A stretch of 57,333 nt of DNA, filler included, from Catajapyx aquilonaris (taxonomy: Eukaryota), in the NCBI GenBank assembly GCA_000934665.2. It is 3 parts of 3 records of this genome, joined end to end, with 100 filler letters (N's around TTAATTAATTAA, not from the genome) between each part and the next. Parts side by side here need not be neighbours in the genome. Positions count along the whole stretch, not along the records: positions 1 to 19,044 come from JYFJ02006540.1; 2 more parts are not named here. One strand, 5' to 3'. Positions 1-13,043 of this stretch are shown piece after piece. Each line of letters starts with the position of its first letter. Position 1 is the stretch's first letter. Under the pieces are notes generated by a model. It did no database searches, was not told the DNA's origin, and saw only the letters and a list, made by a program, of their open reading frames with translations. The position numbers and the translations under genes are program-made.

Positions 1-245
1 GCAACTCGTCTAACTAAAGTTGACTTTTCTAAGAGACTGACTGACGTTGCCGGGTGAAACTTGTACATTCCTCAACTCATGGTTGGGACTACCTGACGCT
101 ATAGTTGTTTCATTTCTATCACCCCTGGAACATAGCCAGGACGGAAACTTTTGGCGCCTACCTCGTACCCTTGGAATCAGGATTTCCCCCCCGATTTTTA
201 GAGCCCAGCTTGTATTTTGAGTGGAGTGTTCCTTTAAGATTAAAA

Positions 246-597
246 TTTTTTTTTTTTTTATTATGTACCCCGTTGTGGGCCCTAAGCCCTATAGGGGGGT
301 GGCTCACCACCATCAGTTTTCTATGTGTATACACACTTTTCTTCGTACACCGGTGCAAGGAGTCAAGGATGTAGGGTAGGGGAAGGGATTTTTGGGGAGG
401 GAACGTAAGTGCAAGTGCAATGTCAACAACTGGGTCATGTGCTGTCCCCCAGGAGGTTAGGTTGCCAGACACCTCCTTGGTGCAGGTCAGAGACCCTCCT
501 GACGCAGGCGAAAGGATAGTTCCCCAGGCGGGGATCGAACCTGGGGCCTTTCGCTCAGCAAGCCGTGACGTTACCATCACGGCCACCACACCTCCCC
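246..597 (-). mobile_element. tRNA-derived SINE, family A
   Basis: Minus strand has an A-box-like GTGGCCGTGATGGT, a B-box GGTTCGATCCCC and an A-rich tail. TSD TAAGATTAAAA at 235-245 and 598-608. Second copy at 42895-43228. Confidence 0.85.
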
Positions 598-713
598 TAA
601 GATTAAAAATTGATGGTTTTATAAAGATTTTTCCAAGGCAAGGCAGAGTGTTACAACCGACCCCATCATAGGACCTGTTGTAACAGAGGGCGGGGTCAAT
701 TGTAACACTATGT

Positions 714-1130
714 CTTAATGATTAAGTGGATGGCTGCCTACCGGAAGGACATCACGTCCTCCCGGTAGGACGAAAAAACGCTACTTTTAAAGCGCTGTAA
801 CCTGCGAATGAGTCCTCCGAGCAGGACGTTTCCGTCATGAAACGACAGCACATACTCCCCCGGGTTTGCGAGAAACTAAGTTGGCAAAAAAATCGCAAAT
901 TTGTTTCAAACATTTACAATAAAAATTGCAAAAAATGGCGACTGTCATTTTCAAGACGAAAACTCGTGTTATTGTCCCTGCCACCTATTTTGACCCCAAT
1001 GGGTCACATAAGTGGTCATAATCACAGTTTGGGCCACCCGTCCTACCGGCAGGACTTTCTTATGCTTTGGTCACACGTCCTGCTGGTAGCGCTACCAGCA
1101 GGACATGAGGCCATCCACTTAATCATTAAG
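714..1130. mobile_element. Non-autonomous TIR element (TTAA-associated ends)
   Basis: 21-bp inverted termini CTTAATGATTAAGTGGATGGC / GCCATCCACTTAATCATTAAG. Internal palindrome GTCCTGCTGGTAGCGCTACCAGCAGGAC at 1077-1104. Confidence 0.7.
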
Positions 1131-1439
1131 GGGAAAATGTAATATGGAAGAACAGTTTACACCCACTCATCTTCTCGACAATTGTCTTATGGCCTACTCG
1201 ATCCACCTAGATTACTCTTTATCTCTCACACTGGAATTTATTCATAAGATAAGTATTACAAGAAAATGAATTTTTTATTCATATAAATTTTCGACAAACT
1301 GGTTATAAGAGGCTTTATTACACAAATTAATAACTACCGGGGCTAAAGCTGGCGAAAAAGGCGGGTGAGGGACAATCTGCATGTTGGGGGATGCCAAAAA
1401 TTTCTGCGAGGCAGACTCAGCATGGGCACGCATGTTGCC

Positions 1440-1580
1440 ATGTTGTTCTCTCGCCTATTCGCGAGGCGTTTCCTTCAAATGTCCTCCCTCAGCCACCTTT
1501 TTCGCCAGATTCAGCATCCTACTGCTACTTCCTCTTCCAGAAAATGAAGATTAAGCTGAAAGAAAGAACATTTGAGAATA
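1440..1580 (+). pseudogene. mariner transposase C-terminal relic
   Basis: Translation LPQPPFSPDSASYCYFLFQKMKIKLKERTFE resembles the mariner HPPYSPDLAPxDxxLFxxLK motif. Confidence 0.7.
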
Positions 1581-2269
1581 ATTTCACACACTTTCTATCG
1601 GGTTTTGTCTGTCAAAGGACGTCCAGAAGGAGTGTCATCTTCTACGGTCAAATGCGGCCATCTTTGAACCTATTATACCATTTGTATGTCATCTTATCTC
1701 ATATGCTTTATTTCACGTTGTATCACCCTAAGGCATTGTCACCGAATGCATGGTTTGCAACCAAATTTACCCTGTTCTTTCAGGTCATAGATTTTCAAAC
1801 CCCCCCCCCCNCCCCCACCCCCCGATAGAATCATAGAACACACCAAACAGGACATTACAAAAGCACCCACAGAAACCGATCCATTCAACCTAAGACCCTG
1901 CCACTTAGCAGAGAAGTTCAAAAAGGTCACTTGAAGCCTTGCCTGTAGCACTACCTCAAGTGGTAGGACAAACTATATGCTGTTCAAAAGTATTGGCATC
2001 ATTCCACGAACTTTTAGGTAGCACCTCGTATGTAGCAGTAACATCTGTCGCCAGATAATTGGAAAACATAGATAATTGGAAAATGGTCCTAGATGCTGTA
2101 AAATTAGCTATTCACAGGTTTACAATAAATGACTGTACATAGAGTTTTCTGCTTTAATCGAAAGTAGAAAAAAAAACGTGGAATTTTAGTTTTTCTTCTG
2201 GAAAAGTATGTGATATTTCTTGGTTTGCAAGAAATCTTGACATTTTTTCTGACTTTTCTTTGTTTTAGC

Positions 2270-2862
2270 CATGCACAGATAACACAGGCCAACAACAACA
2301 AAACAATTCTGGAGAGGTGAGATTTTTCAACTGATTCTAAGTATTTTTTCAATGCTGATTTCAAATCTGAATTGGGTTTTCTTCTCCAAGCTCTAGTTTT
2401 TATACCATTTGAAACTTGTGATTTTCGCAATAAAGGACACCCCTAGCTATTTACATTTGGGTTAGCTTGAGAATTAGGCATAGATCTATTATAACCTTAG
2501 CCCTTTCATGTCGAATGTGCTAAATGTGCCAACCAACCTCACTATATAGAGTTCGCGCCATCTTATGCCGAAAAGGGCCACTTTTGCCTTTGCGCGGTCA
2601 TAGCCTTTACGCGGTCATAGGTACAGCATAGAACTGTGGTTCCTAAATCTAGAGCTTGCAGAGAAAAGCTAGCATCAGATTTGGATTCAACAACCTCGAA
2701 TTAGGTAGGAACAAGTGCAATCAATGCAACAAATCAATGCATCAATGGAACAATCAATGCATCAATGGAACAATCAATGCATCAATGGAACAATCAATGC
2801 ATCAATGGAACAATCAATGCATCAATGCAACAAAAAAGTTGTTGGCCTGTGTAATCTGGGCC
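2270..2862. mobile_element. Decayed inverted-repeat element containing a minisatellite
   Basis: 2270-2410 is an imperfect reverse complement of 2636-2862 (ACAGGCCAACAAC / GTTGTTGGCCTGT; CAAGCTCTAG / CTAGAGCTTG). Confidence 0.5.
2732..2831. repeat. 20-bp tandem repeat AATCAATGCATCAATGGAAC x5
   Basis: Four exact units and one unit with a single mismatch, with no spacers. Confidence 0.95.
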
Positions 2863-3461
2863 CAAATAAATAATCGGGAGTGCAGTGTAGGCCTATATGT
2901 CAGTTTCTGCAGTGAAGCTTTGGAATTTAAAAAGTTGTGAATTACTTTTTGATTCGCCGTAGTAATAATGGAAATAAACATTTGAAAGTGAGAGTTCCTG
3001 GAAAAAGATGTGTGCGTAAGTACGAGTAATAATGGTAATAAACAGGATCATCAAAATAATGTTAAGTACCATATTTCAACCATTTGTCCAACAACAAGAG
3101 GGTTTTTGGCATTTACTTGGCATAGTGGGGAACAATAAATTGTCACGTGTGTGCTTTTTCTGCACCAGCCATCACGACAGGAAATTCGTGTCCTGACATT
3201 TTCATCGAGTCTAGAAAGCATTCTGGCCTTTTTAAAAAGACCATTTTGGAATCTGGCTGTTTTGAAAATGACCACTCCACAGAATGGACGATTTAAAAAG
3301 GAGCATTCCACGGAATGAACCTTTATTTCCCTACCCGGCGGCAGTTTGCGGAGTTTGAGCCTAATACAAAAATTCCTTATGCCAGGAGCCATGGAGATGA
3401 TAATTTGTTTCATGGAAGTACAGAGAACTTCAATGCCAATCACAGTTGAGCATTTCAAATA

Positions 3462-4842
3462 GGGTAAGTTGGGGTAAGTGAAGCCGGATTTTGATTAGGT
3501 GTAGTTTAAAGGCATGCTACTTTGTCAGTAATTAGCAAGTGAGAAAAAAAAGTAATGGACAATATTCCTTGCCTAATTGACTTTCAAATTGGCCTATTGC
3601 ATAACATTTAATCTATGTGGGTGCTCCGAAAAATAATTAAAATATGCACATGGTGCACAGATTGTGTAATTTTCTCGCAGTAATAAACATGGTTTGGGTT
3701 GCACAATACTAGTGCCAGAAAGACACTAACTTCCTCCGTCAGTCTGTATATTCTGAATAAACATAATAATATTTTAATTTGGGTCTTTGGAAATATCTTC
3801 CCTGCCGGTGTAGCCTACGCCGGTGTAGGCTATGCTGGTTGTCATGTGCTTTAAAAAAGCCAAACTTCTCTAACTCGAATCTTCTATAACTCGAAGTTTT
3901 TTTTCGGTCCCATGGAGATTCGACTTATAGAAGTTTTACTGTAACTGTTCACAATGACTTCTGCCTACTCTGCTAAAAGTAGCATGATCTTCGTCACATG
4001 GATAAAAAATTGTCGCCAAGCTCAAGTGGTGTTTTACCTTTTACAGCGAGTATGTAAGGAACTTTTGCAGAATTTATGACGAGTCTCGAAACTTGTGCTG
4101 CGTAACTACTCCGGCACTGTATATGTAAGAGGTTAAGGTGTCCAATCTGCTGTTATTGTTCTGTTTTGATGAAATAATTAGGATGGTTTTTAAAGGGGGC
4201 AGGGGGGGTCGCACTTGCCCCTAACAAGACAGTCATGGTTGGGGGCAAATGCGTACCCAATTAATATTGGTATATGGATCGAAATGCAATATTGTAGGAA
4301 TGAAGCTAGCGGTCGCCAAAACAGGCTACAGGACACCTTTTTGTGGTCAGTAATGGATATTCCACGACTGGCGATGGGCTAATTTCGAACACTGGCATGA
4401 AAGCACTTCGACATAATGCATTTTAATCAGATAATGTCAGTGCTGTTAGCCAAATTGTTCCAAAGGAGTGAATAAAAGTTTGCCCTGTAAGAACTGCTTG
4501 GAATTTTTTTATTCGGAATACACAGACTGACGGAGGAAGTTTGTGTTTTTTTGGCACTAGTCCTGTGCAACCCAAGCATTGTTTATTACTGGGAGAGAGA
4601 ATTCCACAATCGCATTTACCCCATATTGTGGGGCTAGTGCGGCACTGTGCACCATGTGCATATTTTAATTATTTTTTGGAGCACCCACATAGATGAATGT
4701 TATACAATAGGCCAATTTGAAAGTTAATAAGGTAAGGAATATTGTCCATTACTTTTTTTTCTCACTTGCTAATTACTGAGGAAGCAGCATACCTTTAAAC
4801 TGCGCCTAATCAAAATTTGTACACATTTGCCCCACCTTATCC
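3462..4842. mobile_element. MITE with ~300-bp imperfect TIRs, TA-flanked
   Basis: 3462-3750 is the reverse complement of about 4520-4842. Ends read TA|GGGTAAGTTGGGG and CCCCACCTTATCC|TA. Confidence 0.8.
3845..3941 (-). mobile_element. Terminal fragment of the pogo/Tigger-like MITE family found at 14794
   Basis: Reverse complement of CAGTAAAACTTCTATAAGTCGAATCTCC..., nested in the 3462-4842 element. Confidence 0.8.
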
Positions 4843-5397
4843 TACCTTGGAAAAATGCCTTTTCTTTACATACATGGTCATTGAAAAAGAATGCTTATAT
4901 TTCCAAACCCTATAACTCGAAAACTTGTAGACATATTTAAATAATATAAGTATTGATATACTGCCTAATCTGAACCTAATTCCAACCTAACCTAACCTAA
5001 TCAGAAGCATGAAAATTCCGTCCGCCCTTAATAGTCAGAACCTCTAAGCAGTGACTAATAGTGCGACGAAAATTCCACCCCAATGCTTTTTTCTTCTTCT
5101 TAACCCTGACACTGTTTACTCTTGTTGTTGCATGAGGGCATCTCCATGGAAACTTGAAAAGTGGGGAGTTCCATGGGTGCTTTCGGCAGATTTCCATTGA
5201 TGAGAAGTTGGTTAACAAAACGATGTCGTCCAGGTCAAGAAAGGGCGGGCTGCCTATATATGTATCTGCAGACCCTGCAGCAATGGGCCATGAAAAACAG
5301 AAAAAGCGCCTTAAAGCATATTTGGATGTACAGGCATTATGACAGAGAGGTGTTATTGTTTTCAATGTTTGGTTTCAAATTTTGTGCAATATTTTAA

Positions 5398-6067
5398 ATG
5401 AGGAAACCCAGTCTGCAGAAGTCATAAGAAGTGGTATCAGTTGACATTTTATTTCGTGTAATTGTGCCCTTGTTAATTTTAGTAACGCCATGATTTTTTG
5501 TTTGTTTTGCTTTTGTTTTTGAGTGCTCTTCAATGTAGCTACCTGGATACAAGTTACTTAATTACGAAAAATTGCCAAACAACGGAGTGAAAATAAATCA
5601 TGAAGTTAGGTGTCGAAATTGTGCATTTTATTAATTTCATCGCGATAATGGTGCATGAAGTATGTCCTTCAAAAATGTGCATCCATGTGTTGCGATGGTG
5701 TGCATGGCTTGACAGTCATGCATTTTGGCTATTCCATAATTTAATAGCCAAAATGTATCACTAATTTTTAAAATCTCTATGTCAAGCCATGCACACCATC
5801 ACAACACATTGATGCACATTTTTGAAGGACATACTTCACTCGCCATTATCGTGATGAAATTGGGAAAATGCACCATTTTGACACTTAACTTCGCGATTTA
5901 TTTTCACTACATTGTTTTGCAATTTTTCGTAATTAAGTAACTCAAATCCAGGTAGCTACGTTGAAGAGCACTCCTAAAAAATATCCTGGCATTACTGGAA
6001 TTAGCAAGGGCACAAATAGAATGTCAACTGATACCACTTCTTATGGCTGATGTGGACTGGGTTTCCC
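5398..6067. mobile_element. Fold-back MITE (TTAA-flanked, possibly Kolobok-like)
   Basis: The whole element is an imperfect hairpin centred near 5740. Ends are GGAAACCCAGTC and GACTGGGTTTCC, with TTAA outside both. Confidence 0.75.
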
Positions 6068-6724
6068 TTAAGCTTTCCTTTTTCAAGATAATTTTGAAAA
6101 TATTAATGTGAAATATTGTAAAATTGGGTTACCTCTGACCCTTCAAGTCAAAACCCTGTAACTCTGCTGTTTATCATTTTGAGATATTTGTCTTTGAATT
6201 GTCTTATATTTCCCAAGTGCATTCTTTTAAGCCCATAAATCTGCAGGGGTTGCTTTTACAGATACCGATGCAGGCTTTGTGCCAGCAGGTGTGGCTTGGT
6301 ACATTTATCTCTGCCTACGTGATTCTGGCACATGGGGAGTTTTCACTTGCGGTGTCAGACCTGTATTTTGACCCCCCCCCCCCCCTGCCCCTTTCAAAAA
6401 TTGTCATGCTGTAGGAGGCACCCTCTTTCCCAACTTTCAGCTATCTTTCTGTATGAAAATTTGATTTTTGAGTAGGTCCAGTGCTTTTGGCATTTTAATG
6501 ACCTGCATGCATTATGTCTGATAGTGTCACTTGAAGTACTGTCCCCTACTTCCACATTGCTGTTAGTTGCAGTAGCATTAACCCCCAAACCCTGAACAGC
6601 ATGACATAATTTATGGCCAACTTGTAGACCTCTGGCATGTAGCTATTATTGTATAAAGGGTGTGCAAATCCAGTTAGAATAGTAAAGGTTAACTTTAATT
6701 TGCCTGTTTTTTTCTTTTTTTCAG

Positions 6725-6916
6725 AATATCACTGATGATGCCATCCTGAGAATGGCCGAGAACTGTCACAACATCCACTACTTGTGCCTCTCAGGTTGCA
6801 CCTATCTAACTGACACTTCCCTAGTAACTCTGGCTCAATATTGCCACAAACTGAGCACATTAGAGGTGGCTGGCTGTTCACAGTTTACAGATGCAGGGTT
6901 TCAGGCTCTTGCCAGG
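6725..6916 (+). CDS. FBXL20: F-box/LRR-repeat protein (FBXL2/FBXL20 family), internal exon
   Basis: Polypyrimidine-CAG acceptor and GTAAAG donor, 192 nt, phase 0/0. Encodes NITDDAILRMAENCHNIHYLCLSGCTYLTDTSLVTLAQYCHKLSTLEVAGCSQFTDAGFQALAR (cysteine-containing LRRs). Confidence 0.9.
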
Positions 6917-7579
6917 GTAAAGATTTACTCACATTTATACTGCAGTTTGAAAATATGGATAATGATCCTACTGCACAGGATCATGTGTTATACTGATGAC
7001 CCACAGCAGCTTACATTTTAGGCGCTCAGAGGAAGAAGGGCATATCCCAACCGGAGTACGTATTCAGAAAAGTGGCTTTTTGTGTTTTGCTTTACCATGC
7101 AGCTAAAGCTATGGACAAATTTTCCAAGTGGGATACGGGAGCTTTGGCATGTCCCAATCCTTTGGTACTTCCGCACATGAAAGGTAGATGGAAGAAGTGT
7201 ACAACAGCACTACAAACTCAAAATTGGATGTCGGTTGGGATATGCCGTTCTTCCTCTGAGCGCCTCATTTGTGATCCTGGTTCTCCCATGTATGGCAGGT
7301 TGAGTGATTGATAGTAAATTCAGAGCAAGATAGTAATCCTATGTGAAAGACATGGATTACCAACTTCTGGGTTGACTGTTAATCATGTAGTTGGCCTTTA
7401 GAAGTAAGGGCTGTGCTACTTTTGACTTCCTGCAATTGAAGAACATTGACAAGGAACTTCATTCACTCTAGATGGAGTTGCTGAATGAAACTTGGCACAA
7501 TAATACAGGGTGTTCCCTGGGCAAGAGGGGGCGTTTCCAGAATACCCCACCCTGACACTTTAGGAGGCAATCTACTATA

Positions 7580-7790
7580 CAGGGTGTCTAAACTTTTTTG
7601 TCGGAACAGTTATCAGAAATTTTGCACTATAAGCTGCTACTTTGTAAGCAGTGGCTTGCAACCGGTTTGTCGGATGAATGGGGCATATTGCCTGCGAATC
7701 TTATGTTGAAGTGGCATACACTGTTTACAAAGTAGCAGCTTAGTGCAATATTTCCTATAACTGTTCAGACAAAAAAGTTGAGACGCCCTG
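7580..7790. mobile_element. Tc1/mariner-type MITE
   Basis: TA|CAGGGTGTCT...AGACGCCCTG|TA with extended inverted arms. Confidence 0.8.
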
Positions 7791-7934
7791 TATACTTGGG
7801 ACAGGTGAGGGAGGAGGTCGTGATGCTTGGTCTTGGTGGTGGGGGTCTGGGGGGAAAGAGGGGGAGTTACCAGTCAACCCCCCTTTCCCACCTTACAGTG
7901 CCGGTCCCTATACTTTCTGATTCGCCCTTGTATA

Positions 7935-8272
7935 TATTATAATCAGGGTAGTGCATAAGACCCCTCTTGGGGTATTGCATGGACCGTTATCATTAATTTC
8001 ATGTACAACTTGTACACAACTGGAACCTTTAACAAAGAGCCCGGGCCCACGGGCAGGGATGCGTGGGAGGGAAAGTGCAAGGTGCAGTGCAATGTCTCAT
8101 GTGGTCATTTTGTGAGTTCCCCAGTTGGGTAGTCTCAAGGAATCCCACCTGAGATGAACCCAAACACGACCAAACGCTGCATGATATGAAGGGGGGAATG
8201 CCCGGGCTTGGGACCGAACCGAGGACTCTTACATCCGCGTACATTTCTGCAGCGCCACTCCGCCTCCCCTCT
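7935..8272 (-). mobile_element. Diverged tRNA-derived SINE related to family B
   Basis: Minus strand GGGAGGCGGAGTGGCGC...GGTTCGGTCCCAAGCCCGGG...CCTGCCCGTGGGCCCGGG...CCCCAAGAGGGG resembles the 19468 and 41371 copies. Confidence 0.7.
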
Positions 8273-8327
8273 GAGAGCAGCAGTAGTGTGCAGAGGAACA
8301 GCTAGGCGCCAACTGGTAGGCGCCTAT

Positions 8328-11300
8328 GTACTATATACGTCATATTGTTTCATACCCCCCGCAAACGAGCTTTATCCTGGCTATCCTAAGCAACCCACAC
8401 GGCATGATAACAGAACCGAGTCAGCGGCAACAGGGCTTGGGGGGTTGGCCGGCTACGGAACCAGGTGGGGGTTGCTGGGCTGACCTTGCGTACCCCGTAA
8501 GCGATAAAGCTTCTATTTTTTGACATTTTTTGACTTGCCCATGCCGGGGGGAAAATAACCATCGTGTCCTTTCACTCAATGAGCGCATACGAGCTTGATG
8601 GCTGCATTCTGCATATAATCAGATATCATTGAACTTATAGGGAGCATTCTGTTTGCTTTTGTGTGCTGATTGTGTGCTGCTGCAATTAACTAGTTGATGC
8701 ATTTAAAAGGAGCGTGGGAGGGGGGAGTCATTTGAATGATAAAGAACCCATCAAACAAGAGCGAATGCCAGCAAAGGCAGGATGCCTCAGGGGTTCGAAG
8801 CCCGTCTGGAGCCACAGCTGGATTATTTTCAATTGTTTACTTCTGTTAATATTTTTTCACCCCGGCATTGTCCTCAAATGATAATTTTACAGATCCCCTG
8901 TCTAAAACTAGTATATATTGGCCAGATATATCCCCCGGACGTAATTATTCGTCCCTTGACCTACCCTTAAACCCGCGTGAATTTTGGCGGTGTGGACACG
9001 GGATTATTCGGCATAAACGAACAAGATATTGAGCACCCATTCCATGGTTCCATGATGGTGCAATTATATAGGTCTGACACGATACTTGTGAGGAAATGAA
9101 ATAAAGACTGGGATGCCCACACACAAAAGCTGACAGTAAGCAGCAGGGCAAGACACTCTCCAATAAATTACTATACAGGACGTGTCTGTAAGATGCCAAC
9201 AAAATTCGTGCTAACAAAGGCAATGTTATAGCATTTACTTTGGGATGCAATCTGCTTCCCTCTCTCTCGGGACACCGGAAGCAGCACATGAAGCAATGAA
9301 ACCATCAGGAAATAAGTTGAAGGCAATGAATGAAGAACATCATCTTATACATAGCTTCAATTTGTCTTTTTACTAAGTAATGTTGCTTGAACGATTTTGC
9401 AATGTGACAAAAATGTCAGTACAGCTGCAAAGGAAGATTCGGGAAGATGCGGTAGTGATCATGGTTTCGGACTACCGTAGTTCCAATGTTGAAAAAACGA
9501 CTGTCGCAATGCAAGAGTCAAATATCTCTTCCAGTTCTTATTTACAATATTACATTGCGAAGAGCCATGCCCAAAAAATGTCGGCAACGATCAACAGTTA
9601 CAACAATATTTCTCCCCCTGCATCGTCTCTTCTATCTTACCTCCCACCCTCGTTGACTTGTTTTTTTTTCGTGGTTTTTTTGAGATACTAAAGAATGTCG
9701 CTCTTGACACTATGTTGTGCGATGGTGAAAAGTGGTTAGTAGATTAGGAGGAAGTCTAGTTAGTGTTGGCTGATCAGTCCTCTGAAAAGGGTAATAATAA
9801 TTGACACAGAAATACACCGAAATGTTGTGTCCTTTTTATTTCTAATACTGTAGTCACAAAAAAAACTATTATCTGTGACTTAAAATAATCATGAACAGAA
9901 ACAATGCCAAGTTTACACGATTCATTGTCATGGACATTCAATCAAATTATTCTGGGTTTAGAACTAACTAAGCAGTTCCTTTGCAGCTGTACTGACATTT
10001 TTGTCACATTGCAAAATCGTTCAAGCAACATTACTTAGTAAAAAGACAAATTGAAGCTATGTATAAGATGATGTTCTTCATTCATTGCCTTCAACTTATT
10101 TCCTGATGGTTTCATTGCTTCATGTGCTGCTTCCGGTGTCCCGAGAGAGAGGGAAGCAGATTGCATCCCAAAGTAAATGCTATAACATTGCCTTTGTTAG
10201 CACGAATTTTGTTGGCATCTTACAGACACGTCCTGTATAGTAACTTATTGGAGAGTGTCTTGCCCTGCTGCTTACTGTCAGCTTTTGTGTGTGGGCATCC
10301 CAGTCTTCATTTCACTTCCTCACAAGTATCGTGTCAGACCTATATAATTGCACCATCATGGAACCATGGAATGGGTGCTCAATATCTTGTTCGTTTATGC
10401 CGAATAATCCCGTGTCCACACCGCCAAAATTCGCGCGGGTTTAAGGGTAGGTCAAGGGACGAATAATTACGTCCGGGGGATATTTCTGGCCAATATATAC
10501 TAGTTTTAGGGCCGGTTGCACCAGTCACGGTATATGGAAAACGGCGGGTTTTCACTCCGGTATACCGCGAGAAGTGTTGCGCCACCTACGGTTTTTCTAA
10601 AACGGCCCGTTCTCCGTCCCATTTACCGCCGGATCCATCTACCCGCCGAACCTGCAGCACAAGTTGCCTATACCGCGGGTTTATGGTGTTGTCAAGGTGC
10701 TAGGGATTTCGTGTACTGTGTGACACCAGGTGGCAACCCTACCACATGGTTGCCATAGATACTAGACGACTTCCATACTCCATGACGTCAATTCCAAGAC
10801 GTCACGGGTGCTGCGATACAATCAGTGCTCTCCAAAAATTTTGCCCGCTTACGTCTCGTCTCTCATGAGCCAGCGTACTACCAAAAACGCCTCGTTTATC
10901 TGGACCGGTGCAACGCTATGGAATAAACCCGCGGTTTTTCATGGTATATACCGTGTACCCGCGGTGTAGGGGTTCTTCCATATACCGTCCCATATACCGC
11001 GACTGGTGCAACCGGCCCTTAGACAGGGGATCTGTAAAATTATCATTTGAGGACAATGCCAGGGTGAAAAAATATTAACAGAAGAAAACAATTGAAAATA
11101 ATCCAGCTGTGGCTCCAGACGGGCTTCGAACCCCTGAGGCATCCAGCCTTTGCTGGCATTCGCTCTTGTTTGATGGGTTCTTATCATTCAAATGACTCCC
11201 CCCCTTCCCACACTCCTTTTAAATGCATCAATTAGTTAATAATTGCAGCAGCACACAATCAGCACACAAAAGCAAACAGAATGCTTCCTAAGTTCAATGA

Positions 11301-11599
11301 TATCTGATTATATGCAGAATGCAGCCATCAAGCTCGTATGCACTCATTTAGTGAAAGGACACGATGGTTATTTTCCCCCCGGCATGGGCAAGTCAAAAAA
11401 TGTCAAAAAAATGAAGCTTTATTGCTTACGGGGTACGCAAGGTCAGCCCAGCGACCCCCACCTGGTTCCGTAGCCAGCCCAACCCCCCAAGCCCTGTTGC
11501 CGCTGACTCGGTTCTGTTATCATGCCGTGTGGGTTGCTTAGGATAGCCAGGATAAAGCTCGTTTGCGGGGGGTATGAAACAATATGACGTATATAGTAC
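8328..11599. mobile_element. Large fold-back element with ~1.1-kb terminal inverted arms (unclassified)
   Basis: 8328-9435 is the reverse complement of 9976-11599 once the 10509-11018 insertion is removed. Mirror ORFs 8945-9289(-) and 10122-10466(+) differ at only two residues. Confidence 0.9.
10509..11018. mobile_element. PIF/Harbinger-type MITE
   Basis: TTA|GGGCCGGTTGCACCAGTC...GACTGGTGCAACCGGCCC|TTA. The other arm of the host element (near 8900) shows the empty site. Confidence 0.9.
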
Positions 11600-11679
11600 T
11601 ACTTTCAAGTGGGGGACCGGCCAAGCAGTGTTGCCAAAACTTGGCAACACGTCCGCTGCTAGTATTATGGATCAGCCTA

Positions 11680-11880
11680 ACAGTTAGCCAGTATCACTTG
11701 AATTTCGAGATTTTATGGCGATCTTTTTGCAAATTAATTTAGGGACTTGTAGAAGAGGAAAATTGTTTCCAACACATACAGTGTTTATAGAGCATGAATG
11801 TGTAAGTATAGCTGTTATTATTTGTGAAATATTTTGTCCTTATCATCAGAGTACGGTCACGTAAGTGAGGATCTAGGTTT
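11680..11880. mobile_element. Fragment of the inverted-repeat family found at 46878-47545
   Basis: Shares AAATTAATTTAGGGACTT...GTGTAAGTATAGCTGTTATT...AGAGTAC with 47360-47540. Confidence 0.65.
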
Positions 11881-13043
11881 TTTTTATAAAATATAACTGG
11901 TAGTGAAGGGGTAAATGCAAATGTTGCTATGAATTAGCAATGAATTGACTGTTGGCTACTATCAGTACAACAGTAGCAAAGGTAAAACTTCCATTTATGG
12001 TCCATTCCTAGTGCTGCGACTGGGCCCTATATTGTTGTAATCACCATCTATTTATGCAGAAATTGTTACGACTTGTTGGAGAATGAACTCTAAGATCAAG
12101 TGAACTTACACGAGTAAATTATGTGTATTACAGTCTCAGGCCAGTACATCCATGAAGGAAGTGTTTGAACTTAATGAGATTGGCAAAGCACGCGAGTGTG
12201 TATTGAGTAGACTTCTTCTCATTGAGCAGCAGGAAATTAGGCTGACAGCTTCGTTGAATCCGGTATGACGCAACATGATGATATGCTATTCTAATTGGAC
12301 AACAATGACATAGGTTGTCAGTCTCATTTCCCATCGCCAGGTAACCGAAGGACCCCTGCCCGTAGATTATACCTTGGGGGATAGAGTGAACCCGGAAAAT
12401 CGGAAGTGGCAAGTCACCGGAAGTTAACCATGAAACCTATGTAGGGTCCACTGAATCCAAATCTGAAAACCGTTTCCCACTATCCCTTATGTTTTAGGCC
12501 CTGGTACCTGTCCAGAGACGGACGGACGAACAGACGGTCGTTCTCTAAGACTTTTTTATGAGGAGATGAAGTCTAATAATGAGAGAACCTGAAAAAAATC
12601 TTGTCATGCAAGATTAATTTCTAACACAACCAAATGTAATGGTTTGATTGTAGACCCTGGGTCACAAATAATACCAATTGCAGAGGGTTTTTTAAATTTT
12701 TGGAAAAAATACTACCACCCTGAATCTTAAAATTGAAGCATTTTTTTTTGCAAAAGCAATATATGTCAAAAAATGTCACTTTTCAGGAGACACAAAAACA
12801 TTCCCTGCTCTTCAAAAGAGGACTTTCACAAATCTAAAAAATAGTGCCTTATGGAAACACTGATGTGACATGTAATGACATGAATTTCCCATATCTGCAA
12901 GAGGTAGCAATACTAGAAAAAATTCCAGAAGAAACTTGACATAATTATGCTGTTCTTATGTAAAAGGCAGAATAATGATGCATAAATTTCCACTTTTCAT
13001 TGTTTCATTAAGAAATGCATTATTTTCATAATCAGAGAATGTA

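Noticed and set aside
520..597. tRNA genes at SINE heads (also 19470, 30365, 41371, 43160, 50060, 55554)
   Set aside because: A/B boxes continue into repeated bodies with tails and TSDs, so these are SINEs rather than tRNA genes.
2732..2831. CRISPR-like array
   Set aside because: The units are contiguous with no unique spacers, the context is eukaryotic, and there are no cas genes.
8945..10466. Duplicated 114-aa ORFs as a gene pair
   Set aside because: They are mirror translations of the inverted arms, with no recognisable domain or splice context.
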